Origin: Acidimicrobiales bacterium
GTDB lineage: Bacteria > Actinomycetota > Acidimicrobiia > Acidimicrobiales > VFJN01
Direction of reading: 5' to 3'
Assembly: GCA_030681555.1 (NCBI GenBank)
Contig: JAUXRW010000025.1
Coordinates: 37,710 to 101,709, forward strand
DNA length: 64,000 nt
This document shows positions 24,603-36,483 of this stretch, piece after piece. Position numbers and translations under genes: made by a program. Numbering within the stretch: the first letter of the stretch is position 1; the number at the start of each line of letters is the position of its first letter. The notes under the pieces are model-generated. The model did no database searches and was not told the DNA's origin. It worked only from the letters and a program-made list of their open reading frames with translations.

Positions 24603-26141
24603 ATGCGCACACCGCTCACCATCGGCGGGCACCTCGATCGGGCCGCGCTCGTGTACGGGGACCGCATCGGCGCCATCGACGAGCCCGACCCGCCGGGCGG
24701 CGGCCTCGGCCAGATCTCGTACCGACGGATGCAGGAGCTGGCCCGGGCGCAGGCGGCGGCGCTCGACGAGCGGGGCATCGGCCCGGGCGAGCGGGTGGCG
24801 GTGCTCTCCCAGAACTCGGGTCGGCTCCTCACCTCCTTCTTCGGGGTGAGCGGCTACGGCCGCGTGCTCGTACCGATCAACTTCCGGCTCTCGCCTGCCG
24901 AGATCGAGTACATCCTCGAGCACTCGGGCGCGTCGGTGCTGCTGGTCGACCCGGAGGTCGCGGACTCGGTGGCCCACCTGGACGTGGCCCATCGCGTCGT
25001 GCTCGGCGTCGACACCGACAGTGAGGTGTTCCTGGAGGGGCGTGACCCCGAGCCGTGGCCCGACCCCGACGAGGACGCCACCGCCACGATCAACTACACG
25101 AGCGGCACCACGGCCCGGCCGAAGGGCGTGCAGCTCACCCACCGCAACCTCTGGACCAACTCCGCCACCTTCGGCTGGCACACCGGGGTGAACGACCGGG
25201 ACGTGTACCTGCACACGCTGCCCATGTTCCACTGCAACGGCTGGGGCATGCCGTACGCGCTCGCCGCCATGGGCGTGCCGCAGGTCGTCCTGCGCAAGGT
25301 CGACGGCCCGGACATCCTGCGCCGCATCGACGAGCACGGGGTCACGCTGCTCTGCGGCGCCCCGGCGGTCGTGGCCATGGTGCTCGAGGCCGCGGCGTCC
25401 TGGGACGGACCGGTGCCCGGGCGCGGTCGCGTGCGCATGGTCGTCGCCGGCGCCCCGCCCCCCACCCGGACGATCGAGCGCATCGAGACCGAGCTCGGCT
25501 GGGAGTTCATCCAGATCTACGGCCTCACCGAGACGGCGCCCCTGCTGACCATCAACCGCACCCGGGCCGAGTGGGACGAGCTCTCGCCTGGTGAGCGGGC
25601 GGTCAAGCTGGCACGTGCCGGTGCCCCGGCCGTCGGGATAGACGTGCGGGTCGACGACCAGGGCGAGGTGCTGGCCCGGGGCAACCACGTCCTCGCCGGC
25701 TACTGGGAGCTGCCCGACGCCACCGCCGACGCGCTCGACGGCGGCTGGTTCCACACCGGTGACGGGGGCGTCATCGACGAGGAGGGCTACCTCACGATCA
25801 GCGACCGGAAAAAGGACGTGATCATCACCGGCGGCGAGAACGTGAGCTCGATCGAGGTGGAGGACGCGCTGTTCTCCCATCCCGCGGTTGCCGAGGTGGC
25901 CGTCATCGGCGTGCCCGACGAGCGGTGGGGCGAGACGATCAAGGCGCTGGTGGTGCTGGCCCCGGGTGCCAGCGCCGACGAAGCGGAGCTCCGGGCGTGG
26001 TGCAAGGGCCGCCTGGCGGGCTACAAGTGCCCCACCACCGTCGAGCTGCGCGACGAGCTGGCCCGCACGGCCACCGGCAAGCTCCAGAAGTTCAAGCTCC
26101 GCGCCCCGTACTGGGAGGGCCGCGACCGCCAAGTCAACTGA
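24603..26141 (+). CDS. AMP-dependent acyl-CoA synthetase/ligase
   Basis: ATG 24603. Motifs are AMP-binding INYTSGTTARPKGV, IYGLTET, and TGDGGVIDEEGYLTISDRKKD. Confidence 0.85.
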   Translation: MRTPLTIGGHLDRAALVYGDRIGAIDEPDPPGGGLGQISYRRMQELARAQAAALDERGIGPGERVAVLSQNSGRLLTSFFGVSGYGRVLVPINFRLSPAEIEYILEHSGASVLLVDPEVADSVAHLDVAHRVVLGVDTDSEVFLEGRDPEPWPDPDEDATATINYTSGTTARPKGVQLTHRNLWTNSATFGWHTGVNDRDVYLHTLPMFHCNGWGMPYALAAMGVPQVVLRKVDGPDILRRIDEHGVTLLCGAPAVVAMVLEAAASWDGPVPGRGRVRMVVAGAPPPTRTIERIETELGWEFIQIYGLTETAPLLTINRTRAEWDELSPGERAVKLARAGAPAVGIDVRVDDQGEVLARGNHVLAGYWELPDATADALDGGWFHTGDGGVIDEEGYLTISDRKKDVIITGGENVSSIEVEDALFSHPAVAEVAVIGVPDERWGETIKALVVLAPGASADEAELRAWCKGRLAGYKCPTTVELRDELARTATGKLQKFKLRAPYWEGRDRQVN

Positions 26142-26193
26142 GGGGTCGCTCGGTGCTCCCTCCCGGGAGGAGGGCCGATAGGGTTTTCCGACC

Positions 26194-26661
26194 ATGGCGC
26201 AGATGCACCACCTCTCGCAGAAGGCGTACGACCGGCTGAAGGCCGAGCACGACGAGCTGACCACCGTCGGCCGGGTCGACATCGCCCGGAAGATCGAGGC
26301 GGCGCGGGAGCTGGGCGACCTGAAGGAGAACGGCGACTACCACGCGGCCAAGGACCACCAGGGCCACATGGAGGCGCGGATCCGCCAGCTCGCGTCGATG
26401 ATCGAGAACTGCGAGATCGTCGAGGGCACCGACGGCGACGTCGTCGAGCCGGGCTCCGTCGTGGAGCTCCGCTACGAGGGCGACGACGACACCGAGAAGT
26501 ACTTCTACGGCTCGGTCGAGGAGCGGGGCATCGAGTACGACATCATCAGCCCCCGCTCGCCGCTCGGGCAGGCCCTCGTCGGCAAGAAGCCCGGTGACAG
26601 GGTGGGCTTCGAGTCCCCCACCGGCGCCGTCCTCGAGGTCGAGGTCGTCTCGATCAGCTGA
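26194..26661 (+). CDS. greA: transcription elongation factor GreA
   Basis: ELGDLKENGDYHAAKDHQGHMEARI and C-terminal SPRSPLGQALVGKKPGD, 155 aa. Confidence 0.93.
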   Translation: MAQMHHLSQKAYDRLKAEHDELTTVGRVDIARKIEAARELGDLKENGDYHAAKDHQGHMEARIRQLASMIENCEIVEGTDGDVVEPGSVVELRYEGDDDTEKYFYGSVEERGIEYDIISPRSPLGQALVGKKPGDRVGFESPTGAVLEVEVVSIS

Positions 26662-27295
26662 TCGCCGCTTCGATCTGTCGGGCCGCCTCTACGACCTGCT
26701 CGCCGTACTTCGCTCCCGGGCGGACGGTCGTCCGCTGCAGCGGGCCGCTGACCGACACCGCGGCAACGACGCTCCCGGCCCTGTCGTGGATCGGCGCCGA
26801 CACGCTAGCCACCCCCTCCTCGCGCTCGCCGACGCTCTGCACCCAGGCCCGACCGGCGTCGCCACCCAAGATTCGCCCCGCCGAGCCGGCGCCGAGCGGC
26901 AGGCGCGCCCCCACCGGCACGATCGTGCGCAGCTCGCGGACCGACTCGATCGACTCGACGCACACCCGTGCGTCGCCGTCCCGCACGAACAGCTGCACCG
27001 ACTCACCCGTCTGCTCGTGCAGCCACACCAGCGCCGGGCGGGCCGCGGCCCACACCGGCATCGAGGTCGCCGCGTCGCGGCCGAGCCCGATCAGCCGCAG
27101 CCCGAGGCCGAAGCGGCGGTCCTCGTCGCGCCGCACGAGGCCGTGCACCTCGAGGGCCACGGCGAGCCGGTGGGCCGTGGCGCGGGGGAGCTGCGTGCGC
27201 TCGAGCAGCTCGGCCAGCGTGGCCGGCTCGGCCTCGAGCGCGCCGAGCACCGCCATCGCCTTGTCGAGCACCCCCACACCGCTTACACTGTCCAT
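26654..27295 (-). CDS. IclR-family transcriptional regulator, divergent from leuCD (LtbR-like position)
   Basis: N-terminal wHTH (VLDKAMAVLGALEAEPATLAELLERTQLPRATAHRLAVALE) plus an IclR effector domain. It forms an 8-nt convergent overlap with greA. Confidence 0.85.
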   Translation of the reverse strand: MDSVSGVGVLDKAMAVLGALEAEPATLAELLERTQLPRATAHRLAVALEVHGLVRRDEDRRFGLGLRLIGLGRDAATSMPVWAAARPALVWLHEQTGESVQLFVRDGDARVCVESIESVRELRTIVPVGARLPLGAGSAGRILGGDAGRAWVQSVGEREEGVASVSAPIHDRAGSVVAAVSVSGPLQRTTVRPGAKYGEQVVEAARQIEAAIS

Positions 27296-27338
27296 TTAGC
27301 GAGATTATGATCCCACGATGTAAGACGCAAGGACCAGC
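27282..27338. promoter_or_regulatory. AT-rich divergent control region between the IclR gene and leuC
   Basis: The true intergenic gap is only 43 bp and GC drops locally. It has a -10-like TATGAT (27306-27311), inverted hexamers CTTACA (27282) / TGTAAG (27319), and SD AAGGA 6 nt before the leuC ATG. Confidence 0.3.
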
Positions 27339-28763
27339 ATGCCGAACGTACCGTCGTCCCCGAGGACGTTGAGCGACAAGGTCTGGGACCGCCACGTGGT
27401 GCGCAGCGCCTCGGGCGAGCCCGACCTGCTCTACATCGACCTCCACCTCGTCCACGAGGTCACGAGCCCCCAGGCCTTCGACGGCATCCGCCTGTCGGGC
27501 CGCCGCGTCCGTCGTCCGGAGCTCACCATCGCCACGGCCGACCACAACGTCCCCACCGAGGACATCGACAAGCCGGTAGCCGACCCCATCTCCGCCAGGC
27601 AGCTCGAGGTGCTGGCCGCCAACACCGCCGAGTTCGGCATCACCCACTATGGGATGGGCGACCCCAACCAGGGCATCGTCCACGTGATCGGGCCGGAGCA
27701 GGGCCGCACGCTGCCCGGGATGACGATCGTCTGCGGCGACAGCCACACGTCCACGCACGGGGCATTCGGGGCGCTGGCCTTCGGCATCGGCACCAGCGAG
27801 GTCGAGCACGTGCTCGCCACGCAGACGCTCCCTCAGCAGCGGCCCGGCACCATGGCCGTCACCGTGGAGGGTGAGCTGCCCGAGGGCGCCACGGCCAAGG
27901 ACATCATCCTCGCCATCATCGGGCGCATCGGCACCGGCGGCGGCATCGGTTCGATCATCGAGTACCGCGGGTCCGCCATCACCAGCCTCTCCATGGAGGG
28001 GCGGATGACGATCTGCAACATGTCGATCGAGGCTGGGGCCAAGGCCGGCCTCATCGCGCCAGACGACGTCACCTTCGAGTACCTGCGGGGGCGCACGCAC
28101 GCCCCCGCCGGCAACGCGTGGGAGGCGGCGTTGGCCGACTGGCGGTCGCTCGTCACCGACGAGGACGCCACCTTCGACAAGGAGGTTTTCCTCGACGCCG
28201 CCGAGATCGTGCCCCATGTCTCCTGGGGCACGAACCCGGCGCAGGTGGTGCCGCTGGCTGCTGCCATCCCCTCGCCCGACGACTTCGCCGACCCGAACGA
28301 ACGGGAGAGCGCCGCTCGTGCCCTCGAGTACATGGGGCTCACCGCCGGCAAGCCGGTGCGCGAGGTGCCGGTCGACACGGTGTTCATCGGCTCGTGCACG
28401 AACTCGCGCATCGAGGACCTGCGGGCCGCCGCAGCTGTGGCGGCCGGCCGCAAGGTGAAGGACGGCGTCCGCACGCTCGTCGTCCCGGGCTCCTTCGCCG
28501 TGAAGGAGCAGGCCGAGGCCGAGGGGCTCGACAAGGTGTTCGTGGACGCCGGCTTCGACTGGCGCGAGCCCGGGTGCTCGATGTGCCTGGCCATGAACCC
28601 CGACAAGCTCGCCCCCGGTGAGCGGTCCGCCTCCACCAGCAACCGCAACTTCGAGGGCCGCCAGGGCCGAGGCGGGCGCACGCACCTCGTATCCCCCGCC
28701 GTCGCCGCGGCAACCGCCATCGCCGGGCACTTCGCCCTCCCCACGGATCTGGAGGCCGTGTGA
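27339..28763 (+). CDS. leuC: 3-isopropylmalate dehydratase large subunit
   Basis: Aconitase-family motifs [24 protein letters not shown] and [11 protein letters not shown], 474 aa. Confidence 0.95.
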   Translation: MPNVPSSPRTLSDKVWDRHVVRSASGEPDLLYIDLHLVHEVTSPQAFDGIRLSGRRVRRPELTIATADHNVPTEDIDKPVADPISARQLEVLAANTAEFGITHYGMGDPNQGIVHVIGPEQGRTLPGMTIVCGDSHTSTHGAFGALAFGIGTSEVEHVLATQTLPQQRPGTMAVTVEGELPEGATAKDIILAIIGRIGTGGGIGSIIEYRGSAITSLSMEGRMTICNMSIEAGAKAGLIAPDDVTFEYLRGRTHAPAGNAWEAALADWRSLVTDEDATFDKEVFLDAAEIVPHVSWGTNPAQVVPLAAAIPSPDDFADPNERESAARALEYMGLTAGKPVREVPVDTVFIGSCTNSRIEDLRAAAAVAAGRKVKDGVRTLVVPGSFAVKEQAEAEGLDKVFVDAGFDWREPGCSMCLAMNPDKLAPGERSASTSNRNFEGRQGRGGRTHLVSPAVAAATAIAGHFALPTDLEAV

Positions 28764-29359
28764 TGCAGGCCGTGCACATCGTCCAGGGCACCGCGCTCCC
28801 GCTCGACCGCTCCGACGTCGACACCGACCAGATCATCCCGGCCGAGTGGCTGAAGCGGGTGGAGCGCACCGGCTTCGGCAAGGGCCTGTTCTCCTCGTGG
28901 CGCGACGACCGCAGCTTCGTGCTGAACGACGAGCGGTTCCTCGGTGCCAACGTCCTCGTGAGCGGCCCCAACTTCGGGACGGGCTCGTCGCGCGAGCACG
29001 CCGTCTGGGCGATCATGGACTACGGCTTCCACGCGGTCGTGAGCCCCCGCTTCGCCGACATTTTCCGCAACAACTGCACGAAGAACGGCCTCGTCCCCGT
29101 GCAGGTCAGCGCCGAGGTGGGCGAGCAGCTCCTCGCCGCCATCGAGGCCGACCCCACGCTCGAGCTCACCATCGACGTCGACCGCCGCACCCTCGCCGCC
29201 CCCGCCCTCGGGCTCGAGGTCGAGTTCCCCCTCGACGACTCCACCCGCGAGCGGTTTCTGGAGGGCCTCGACGACATCGGCATCACGCTGCGCACGGAGG
29301 AGGCCATCACCACCTTCGAAGCCACCCGGCCGGGCTGGATGGCGGGCTCCGGACGCTGA
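28760..29359 (+). CDS. leuD: 3-isopropylmalate dehydratase small subunit
   Basis: Its start overlaps the leuC stop (GTGATG). Motifs are [12 protein letters not shown] and [16 protein letters not shown]. Confidence 0.95.
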   Translation: MMQAVHIVQGTALPLDRSDVDTDQIIPAEWLKRVERTGFGKGLFSSWRDDRSFVLNDERFLGANVLVSGPNFGTGSSREHAVWAIMDYGFHAVVSPRFADIFRNNCTKNGLVPVQVSAEVGEQLLAAIEADPTLELTIDVDRRTLAAPALGLEVEFPLDDSTRERFLEGLDDIGITLRTEEAITTFEATRPGWMAGSGR

Positions 29360-29372
29360 ACGAGCCGGGCGG

Positions 29373-30848
29373 CTAGAGGTCGGGCAGGTCCGGGGCGAAC
29401 AGCCACCGCTGGAACAGCTCGTCGAGCTGCATGCCCGAGACGCGCTCGGCCAGCTCCACGAGGTCGGTCGTCGAGGCGACGCCACCGCTCTGCTCGCTGA
29501 TCCAGGTGCGCAGGATTTCGAAGAAGGGGCTGTCGCCCACAGCCTCCCGCAGGGCTTGGAGCGTGAGGCCGCCCCGCTGGTACACGGTCTCGCTGAACAG
29601 CTCGTCGGCGCCTGGGTCGCCCGCGGGGACGTCGAGGGACGCGCGATCCTGGCCGATCCGCCGCCGCGCGATCTCGGCGGCGGACAGGCCGCCGGTGCGC
29701 TCGAACCAGAGCCACTCGCTGTAGGTGGCGAACCCCTCGTTGAGCCAGATGTCCTTCCACGTCGCCGGGCTGACGGCGTTCCCCACCCACTGGTGGGCCA
29801 GCTCGTGCAGGAGGATGGTGTCGTTCTCCGGCCCCGCCCGCGCCACGTCGGAGCCGATCAGCGTGAGGGTCTGCGTCTCCAGCGCGAACCCCAGCGGCTC
29901 GTCCACCGCGACGATGCCGTAGGCGTCGAACGGGTACGGGCCGAAGACGTCGCTGAGCACCTCGATCATGCGCACCGTGCGGGCCGTGGTGGCAGCCGCC
30001 TCTGCTGCGATCGAGCGGTGGAACGCGTGGCGCACGACCACGTCCCCAGCCCTGACCACGTCCACCAGCTCGTAGTCGCCGATGGCGATCTGCACGAGGT
30101 AGCTGGCCATCGGGTCGGCCATCGCGTAGGTCCAGGTGCGGCCGCCGCCCTCGTCGGGCGCCGTCGGCTCGCCGACCAGCAGCCCGTTGGCCGCCACGAC
30201 CTGGTCCTGCGGCGCTTCGATCCGAAAGGTGTAGGTCGCCTTGTCGGTGGGGTGGTCGTTGACGGGGAAGAAGGTGGCGGCACCGCTCGGCTCGCCGACG
30301 ACATAGGCCTCGCGGCCGTCGGTCTGCCAGCCCACGTCGAACAGCCGCGTCCCCTCCGGGATCGGGGTCGGACGGCCCGCGTAGTCGACGACGACCTCGA
30401 ACGACCCACCCTCGGCCACCGCGCTCGCTGGTGTCACGACGAGCTCGCGCTCCTCGCGGGCGGCCGCAGCCGGTTCGCCGTCCACGCGCACCCCCTGCAC
30501 CTCGAGCCCCGCCAGGTCGAGGTTGAACCGGCTCAGCGGTTGGGTGGCGGTCGCGGTGATCGTGGTGCGACCGACCAGCTCGCCCCGGTCGGCGATCCAC
30601 TCGAGCCCGAGGTCGTAGTGCTGGACGTCGTAGCCGCCGTTGCCAAGGCCCGGGTAGTACGGGTCGCCGACGCCGGGCGCGCCGGCCGTCCCGACGACGG
30701 AGCTGGACGTTGAGGCGGCCGTCGTGCTCGACGTCGTCGTCGGCGGCGCGGCGGCGTCGTCGGCGCCAGCGAAGAGGACGGCCGCTGCCGCCACGCCCGC
30801 CAACGTGACGGCCGCGCCGAGCAGCACCAGGGCCGGGGGTCGCCGCAC
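29373..30848 (-). CDS. M1-family (aminopeptidase N-like) zinc metallopeptidase, secreted
   Basis: HELAHQWVGN ... WLNEGFATY (HExxH-x18-E) with an N-terminal signal/TM segment. Confidence 0.85.
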   Translation of the reverse strand: MRRPPALVLLGAAVTLAGVAAAAVLFAGADDAAAPPTTTSSTTAASTSSSVVGTAGAPGVGDPYYPGLGNGGYDVQHYDLGLEWIADRGELVGRTTITATATQPLSRFNLDLAGLEVQGVRVDGEPAAAAREERELVVTPASAVAEGGSFEVVVDYAGRPTPIPEGTRLFDVGWQTDGREAYVVGEPSGAATFFPVNDHPTDKATYTFRIEAPQDQVVAANGLLVGEPTAPDEGGGRTWTYAMADPMASYLVQIAIGDYELVDVVRAGDVVVRHAFHRSIAAEAAATTARTVRMIEVLSDVFGPYPFDAYGIVAVDEPLGFALETQTLTLIGSDVARAGPENDTILLHELAHQWVGNAVSPATWKDIWLNEGFATYSEWLWFERTGGLSAAEIARRRIGQDRASLDVPAGDPGADELFSETVYQRGGLTLQALREAVGDSPFFEILRTWISEQSGGVASTTDLVELAERVSGMQLDELFQRWLFAPDLPDL

Positions 30849-30890
30849 GGGGGCAGCCTTGCAGAGCGGCTGGCCGAGCGGCCCGCAGCG

Positions 30891-31679
30891 TCAGCCGCCG
30901 ATGCCCGGGAGCGAGACCCCGCACTCTGTGGCCGCAGCGGTGAGGGCGGCGGTGAACTGGGCCTGGACCTCGGGCGACGCGTTCTGGAGGTCACCCGACT
31001 CCAGCAGCTGCTCTGATCCGAGCTCGTCGACCACGAACTGGGCGACGCACTGGGCGTCCTCCTCGCTCAGCGAGCCGTCGGCGGAGAGCGACTCGGCGAT
31101 GGAGTCGACCAGCAGGCCGCCCTCGCCCGACTCGGACTCGCTGCACGTCTGCACCAGCTGGACGAATGGTGCGATCTGGTCCTCGTCGGGCTCGTCCTCG
31201 GCCTGCGTGAAGCCGCTGCGGAGCAGGGTGGTGAGGAGGTCGTCCTCCCGGAGGCCCTCCTCGAGGCAGGCCTTGCCGTCCTCGTCGAGGTCGAACTCGC
31301 CGGCCGCCGACTCCACGTAGGCCTCGGTGAGCTCCACGCAGTCCTCCCACTCGGTGAGGATGGCGTCGGCCTGATCGTCGCTGACGGCGCCGTCGCCCAG
31401 GAGCTGGCCGGGCGAGTCCTCGCCCTCCACGTCCTCGGGCTCGAGGTCGGCCTCCTCGAACGGCTCGGCGCCGAGCTCGGCCATGATCGCCTCGCCCATG
31501 CAGGTGGCCTCATCGTCCGTCACGTCGAGACCGTCCTCCTCCTCCGTGAGGCTCACGGCGAAGGAGTCGGCGAACTCCTGCTCGCGGTCGGACAGCCCGG
31601 AGCCGTCGCCACCGTCTCCGCAGGCAGCGAGGAGCGCAGTGGTCACGAGGGCGGTCAGGAACGAGCGGTGCGGGCGCAT
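30891..31679 (-). CDS. highly acidic lipoprotein with internal repeats
   Basis: Lipobox LLAACG follows the signal peptide. There are three degenerate repeats of the pattern EEDA.C.....V.ELG.E.L, and the protein is very Asp/Glu-rich. Confidence 0.65.
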   Translation of the reverse strand: MRPHRSFLTALVTTALLAACGDGGDGSGLSDREQEFADSFAVSLTEEEDGLDVTDDEATCMGEAIMAELGAEPFEEADLEPEDVEGEDSPGQLLGDGAVSDDQADAILTEWEDCVELTEAYVESAAGEFDLDEDGKACLEEGLREDDLLTTLLRSGFTQAEDEPDEDQIAPFVQLVQTCSESESGEGGLLVDSIAESLSADGSLSEEDAQCVAQFVVDELGSEQLLESGDLQNASPEVQAQFTAALTAAATECGVSLPGIGG

Positions 31680-31703
31680 CTCGAGGAACCTAATCGCGGC
31701 CGC

Positions 31704-33527
<1,824 letters not shown>

Positions 33528-33563
33528 CTACATAAGCAGGAGGAGGCTCGACGGCGTGGTCAT
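33528..33563 (-). promoter_or_regulatory. leuA leader peptide ORF MTTPSSLLLLM*
   Basis: ATG ACC ACG CCG TCG AGC CTC CTC CTG CTT ATG TAG has four consecutive Leu codons. It is followed by hairpin GGCGAGCGCC-ACCACC-GGCGTTCGCC. Confidence 0.7.
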
Positions 33564-34038
33564 GCGGGCCAATCATCCCGCCGCGCGGCGTGACCCGTCA
33601 AGGGTGATGCGCTGCCGGCGGGCGCTGGTCGGGGTCGATGAGACCGCCAGCACCGGGATCGCTGTGATCTCAACGACCGTCGGCTGGCGACGAAGCGGAG
33701 TGCACCCTGCTCCATCGTTGGTTCAGCCGTACCCCCTCGATCCACCCCCGATGCATGGTCGCCCGCCACAGCTGTCCGCCACGGGTCGTTCCGCGCTCTG
33801 CTCGCGGTGCGACGAGTCCGGCGCCCACGACATCCGCGCCGACGGCGCGCTGTCGCTTGGGCAGCTGCACCTCGGCCCACGTCCCCGACGCCGTTGCCCG
33901 CTACCTCGCCGGCGACGCCAAGGTGACGCTCCTTGAGTGGTTCGGACGGAAGTGACCGGGCATCGACGACTGCGGGATTCGGCCGCTTCCCGCCGCGGTG
34001 GCCCACCTGCGGGGGCGCGGGCGGGTAGGTTTTCGGCC

Positions 34039-34497
34039 GTGCTCCGCCACGCGTTCCGCCTGGGGTTGAGGTTCGGGGTCGTCGGCGGCCTCGTGTTCGC
34101 CGTCACCAAGCTGGTCGGCGCCCGCCGCGGCACCAGCGCCCTGGGCGTGCCCACCGCCTCCGGGCCGACGACGCCGGCCGCAACACCGGCCACGGCCGGC
34201 CCTGCGGCCGCCCAGGACCCCTGGCCGCCGCTCGAGGTGGTGCCCCCGACCCAGGATCGCCCCGAGCCGGCGTCGGAGGCGCTGCAGCCCGACCCCGACG
34301 CACCGGCCCCCGGGAGCTCACCGTGGGTCGAGCCGGTGGGCGGCGAGTGCCCCGACACCCACCCGGTGAAGGCCAAGCTGGCCTCCAAGATCTTCCACCT
34401 GCCGGGGATGCTGAACTACGACCGCACGAGGCCCGATCGGTGCTACCTCGATGCGAGCAGCGCCGAGGCGGACGGGTTACGACCGGCCAAGCGCTAG
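34039..34497 (+). CDS. membrane-anchored Pro/Ala-rich protein with a C-terminal sunset-like domain
   Basis: GTG 34039 precedes a TM segment (LGLRFGVVGGLVFAV). C-terminal ECPDTHPVKAKLASKIFHLPGMLNYDRTRPDRCYLDASSAEADGLRPAKR matches the C..PIKG....IYH.PG..Y....P..CF..A..AGFR pattern as I recall it. Confidence 0.65.
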   Translation: MLRHAFRLGLRFGVVGGLVFAVTKLVGARRGTSALGVPTASGPTTPAATPATAGPAAAQDPWPPLEVVPPTQDRPEPASEALQPDPDAPAPGSSPWVEPVGGECPDTHPVKAKLASKIFHLPGMLNYDRTRPDRCYLDASSAEADGLRPAKR

Positions 34498-34525
34498 CCG
34501 GGTCTGTGAGACGGGTCGAGCTCTC

Positions 34526-34630
34526 CTAGCGGTACACGAGGAAGAGCAGGACGGCCGCCCAGATGGGGGCGCAGAGCGCGGCGCCCAACCAGAGACCCTC
34601 CATGGGGTCGGGGTGATGGCTGGCCTTCAT
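34526..34630 (-). CDS. possible 34-aa hydrophobic micro-protein downstream of serA
   Basis: MKASHHPDPMEGLWLGAALCAPIWAAVLLFLVYR*. 31 of 33 codons end in G/C, which is strong frame-specific GC3. There is no clear SD, and it is too short for the ORF track. Confidence 0.4.
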   Translation of the reverse strand: MKASHHPDPMEGLWLGAALCAPIWAAVLLFLVYR

Positions 34631-34671
34631 GGGATCGGTCTACCCCCGCCGGGGCCCCTCATACGGGATGG

Positions 34672-36231
34672 TCAGAGAGCGTTCACCGAGACGACGCCGG
34701 CCAGCGCGCTGATGCGCCCCTGGACCTCGTCGGGCACGTCGGCGTCGGTGGCCAGGATCATCAGGGCGGCGGCGCCTTCGGCCGAGCGGCCGAGGTGCAT
34801 GTCGTCGATGTTGAGGCCGGCGTCGCCGAGCTCCCGGGTGACCGCAGCGATCATGCCGGGGACGTCGTCGTTGCGAACGACGACCATGTGATCGGCGGGC
34901 GGCACGTCCACGGAGTGGTCGTCCACCATGACGATCCGGGGATCGCCGCGCAGGCCGACGAGCGTGCCGCCGATCGCGTGGTCGCCACCGCGGATCGTCA
35001 GCAGGTTCACGTAGTCGTGGGAGACGGGGCTCGACGACTCACGCACCTCGACCCCCCGTTCGGCGGCCAGCCGCGGGGCGTTCACATAGCTCACCGGCTC
35101 CTCGCTCACCCGGCCGAAGACCCCCTTGAGGACCGAGAGCGTGAGGATGCGGGTGTCGGCGTCGGCCAGCTGCCCCTCGTACGCGATCTCCAGCACGTCC
35201 GGCACGCCGGAGGCCAGCGAGGCGTAGAGCTGCCCGAGCCGCTCAGCGAGCGGCAGGAACGGGCGCACGGTGCTCGACGCCTCCGTCGCGGCGACGTTCA
35301 CGGCGAACGGCACGAACTCGCCGGCCAGCGCCAGGCCGACCTGCTCGGCGATGGTCTCGCCGGCCTTGTCCTGCGCCTCTGCGGTGCTGGCGCCGAGGTG
35401 GGGCGTCACGACCACCTGCGGGAGCTCGAAGAGCGGCGAGGAGGTGGTCGGCTCCCTGGCGAACACGTCGATGGCGGCGCCGCCGACCCGGCCGTCACGG
35501 ATGGCCTCGGCCAGCGCCTCCTCGTCGATCACGCCGCCGCGCGAGACGTTGACGATGCGCAGGTTCGGCTTGGCCTTGGCCAGCAGGTCCTTGCCGATCA
35601 TGCCGAGCGTCTCGGGGGTCTTCACGACGTGGAGCGTCAGGAAGTCCGCCACCGCCACGAGCTCGTCGAGCGTGAGCAGCTCCACGTTGATCTGGCGCGC
35701 CCGGTCGGGGGCCACGAACGGATCGTGGGCGACCACCTTCATGCCGAAGGCCAGGGCCCGCTGAGCGACCAGCTTGCCGATGCGGCCGAGGCCCACGATG
35801 CCCAGCGTCTTGTCGGCCAGCTCGACGCCCTCCCACTTGGAGCGCTCCCAGCGCCCGTCGACGAGGGCGGCGTGGGCCTGGGGGATGTTGCGGGCCTGGG
35901 CCAGCAGCATCGCCATCGTGTGCTCGGCGGTGGTGAGGATGTTCGACTGCGGTGCGTTGACGACCATGACGCCCTGGGACGTGGCCGCCTCGGTGTCCAC
36001 GTTGTCGAGGCCGATGCCGGCCCGCCCCACCACGACGAGGTCGCGCCCAGCGGCCAGTACGTCCGCGGTCACAGTCGTGGCCGACCGGATGATGAGGGCG
36101 TGGGCGCCCGGAACCGCCTCGAGGAGTGCCTCCGGCGCCAGGTCGAGCTGCAGGTCGACGTCGTGTCCTGCGCTGCGAAGCCGATCCAGGCCGCTGTCGG
36201 CGATCTTCTCCGTGACGAGGATGCGGGCCAT
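34672..36231 (-). CDS. serA: D-3-phosphoglycerate dehydrogenase (long form with ACT domain)
   Basis: ATG 36231 (MARILVTEKIADSGLDRL). It has NAD-binding GIVGLGRIGKLVAQR and a C-terminal ASB/ACT region. Confidence 0.93.
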   Translation of the reverse strand: MARILVTEKIADSGLDRLRSAGHDVDLQLDLAPEALLEAVPGAHALIIRSATTVTADVLAAGRDLVVVGRAGIGLDNVDTEAATSQGVMVVNAPQSNILTTAEHTMAMLLAQARNIPQAHAALVDGRWERSKWEGVELADKTLGIVGLGRIGKLVAQRALAFGMKVVAHDPFVAPDRARQINVELLTLDELVAVADFLTLHVVKTPETLGMIGKDLLAKAKPNLRIVNVSRGGVIDEEALAEAIRDGRVGGAAIDVFAREPTTSSPLFELPQVVVTPHLGASTAEAQDKAGETIAEQVGLALAGEFVPFAVNVAATEASSTVRPFLPLAERLGQLYASLASGVPDVLEIAYEGQLADADTRILTLSVLKGVFGRVSEEPVSYVNAPRLAAERGVEVRESSSPVSHDYVNLLTIRGGDHAIGGTLVGLRGDPRIVMVDDHSVDVPPADHMVVVRNDDVPGMIAAVTRELGDAGLNIDDMHLGRSAEGAAALMILATDADVPDEVQGRISALAGVVSVNAL

Positions 36232-36483
36232 GCCCGGAGTTTGCTCGCCGCCCCCGCCGGGCTGCCAACCGACGTGGGCCATGGCACCTGGCTCGATGCC
36301 TTCGGGCTGCTCGCCGACCACGAGCGTGGTCGGTCCACCCCTCGCCGTCGTGCCAGCGGGCCAGGCGGGGGTCGTCCTGGTCCCGGAACCACCCAGCACC
36401 GGCACCGGCCGACCATCGTCGCCCGCCGACCGCGTGCCGTCCACGCGGTGAGTAGTGTCCGCAGATCCCACCGATTCCTCGGG

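Noticed and set aside
24411-26282. 623-aa minus-strand ORF opposite the acyl-CoA synthetase gene
   Set aside because: It is antisense to a gene with clear AMP-binding motifs. It has no domains and a shadow-ORF composition.
27003-29485. Two long minus-strand ORFs (575 and 550 aa) opposite leuC-leuD
   Set aside because: leuC and leuD on the plus strand carry unmistakable aconitase-family motifs. The antisense products are low-complexity.
33937-34038. ATG 33937 as the start of the sunset-domain protein
   Set aside because: The first 34 codons have poor GC3 and an Arg-rich composition. GTG 34039, directly before the TM helix, fits better. The upstream part also overlaps the separate high-GC3 frame ending at 33955.
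34795-36483. Upstream bulk of the 609-aa plus-strand ORF 34795..36624
   Set aside because: It is antisense to serA. Only the last ~46 codons resemble a real protein (a permease C-terminus) and are reported as a remnant.
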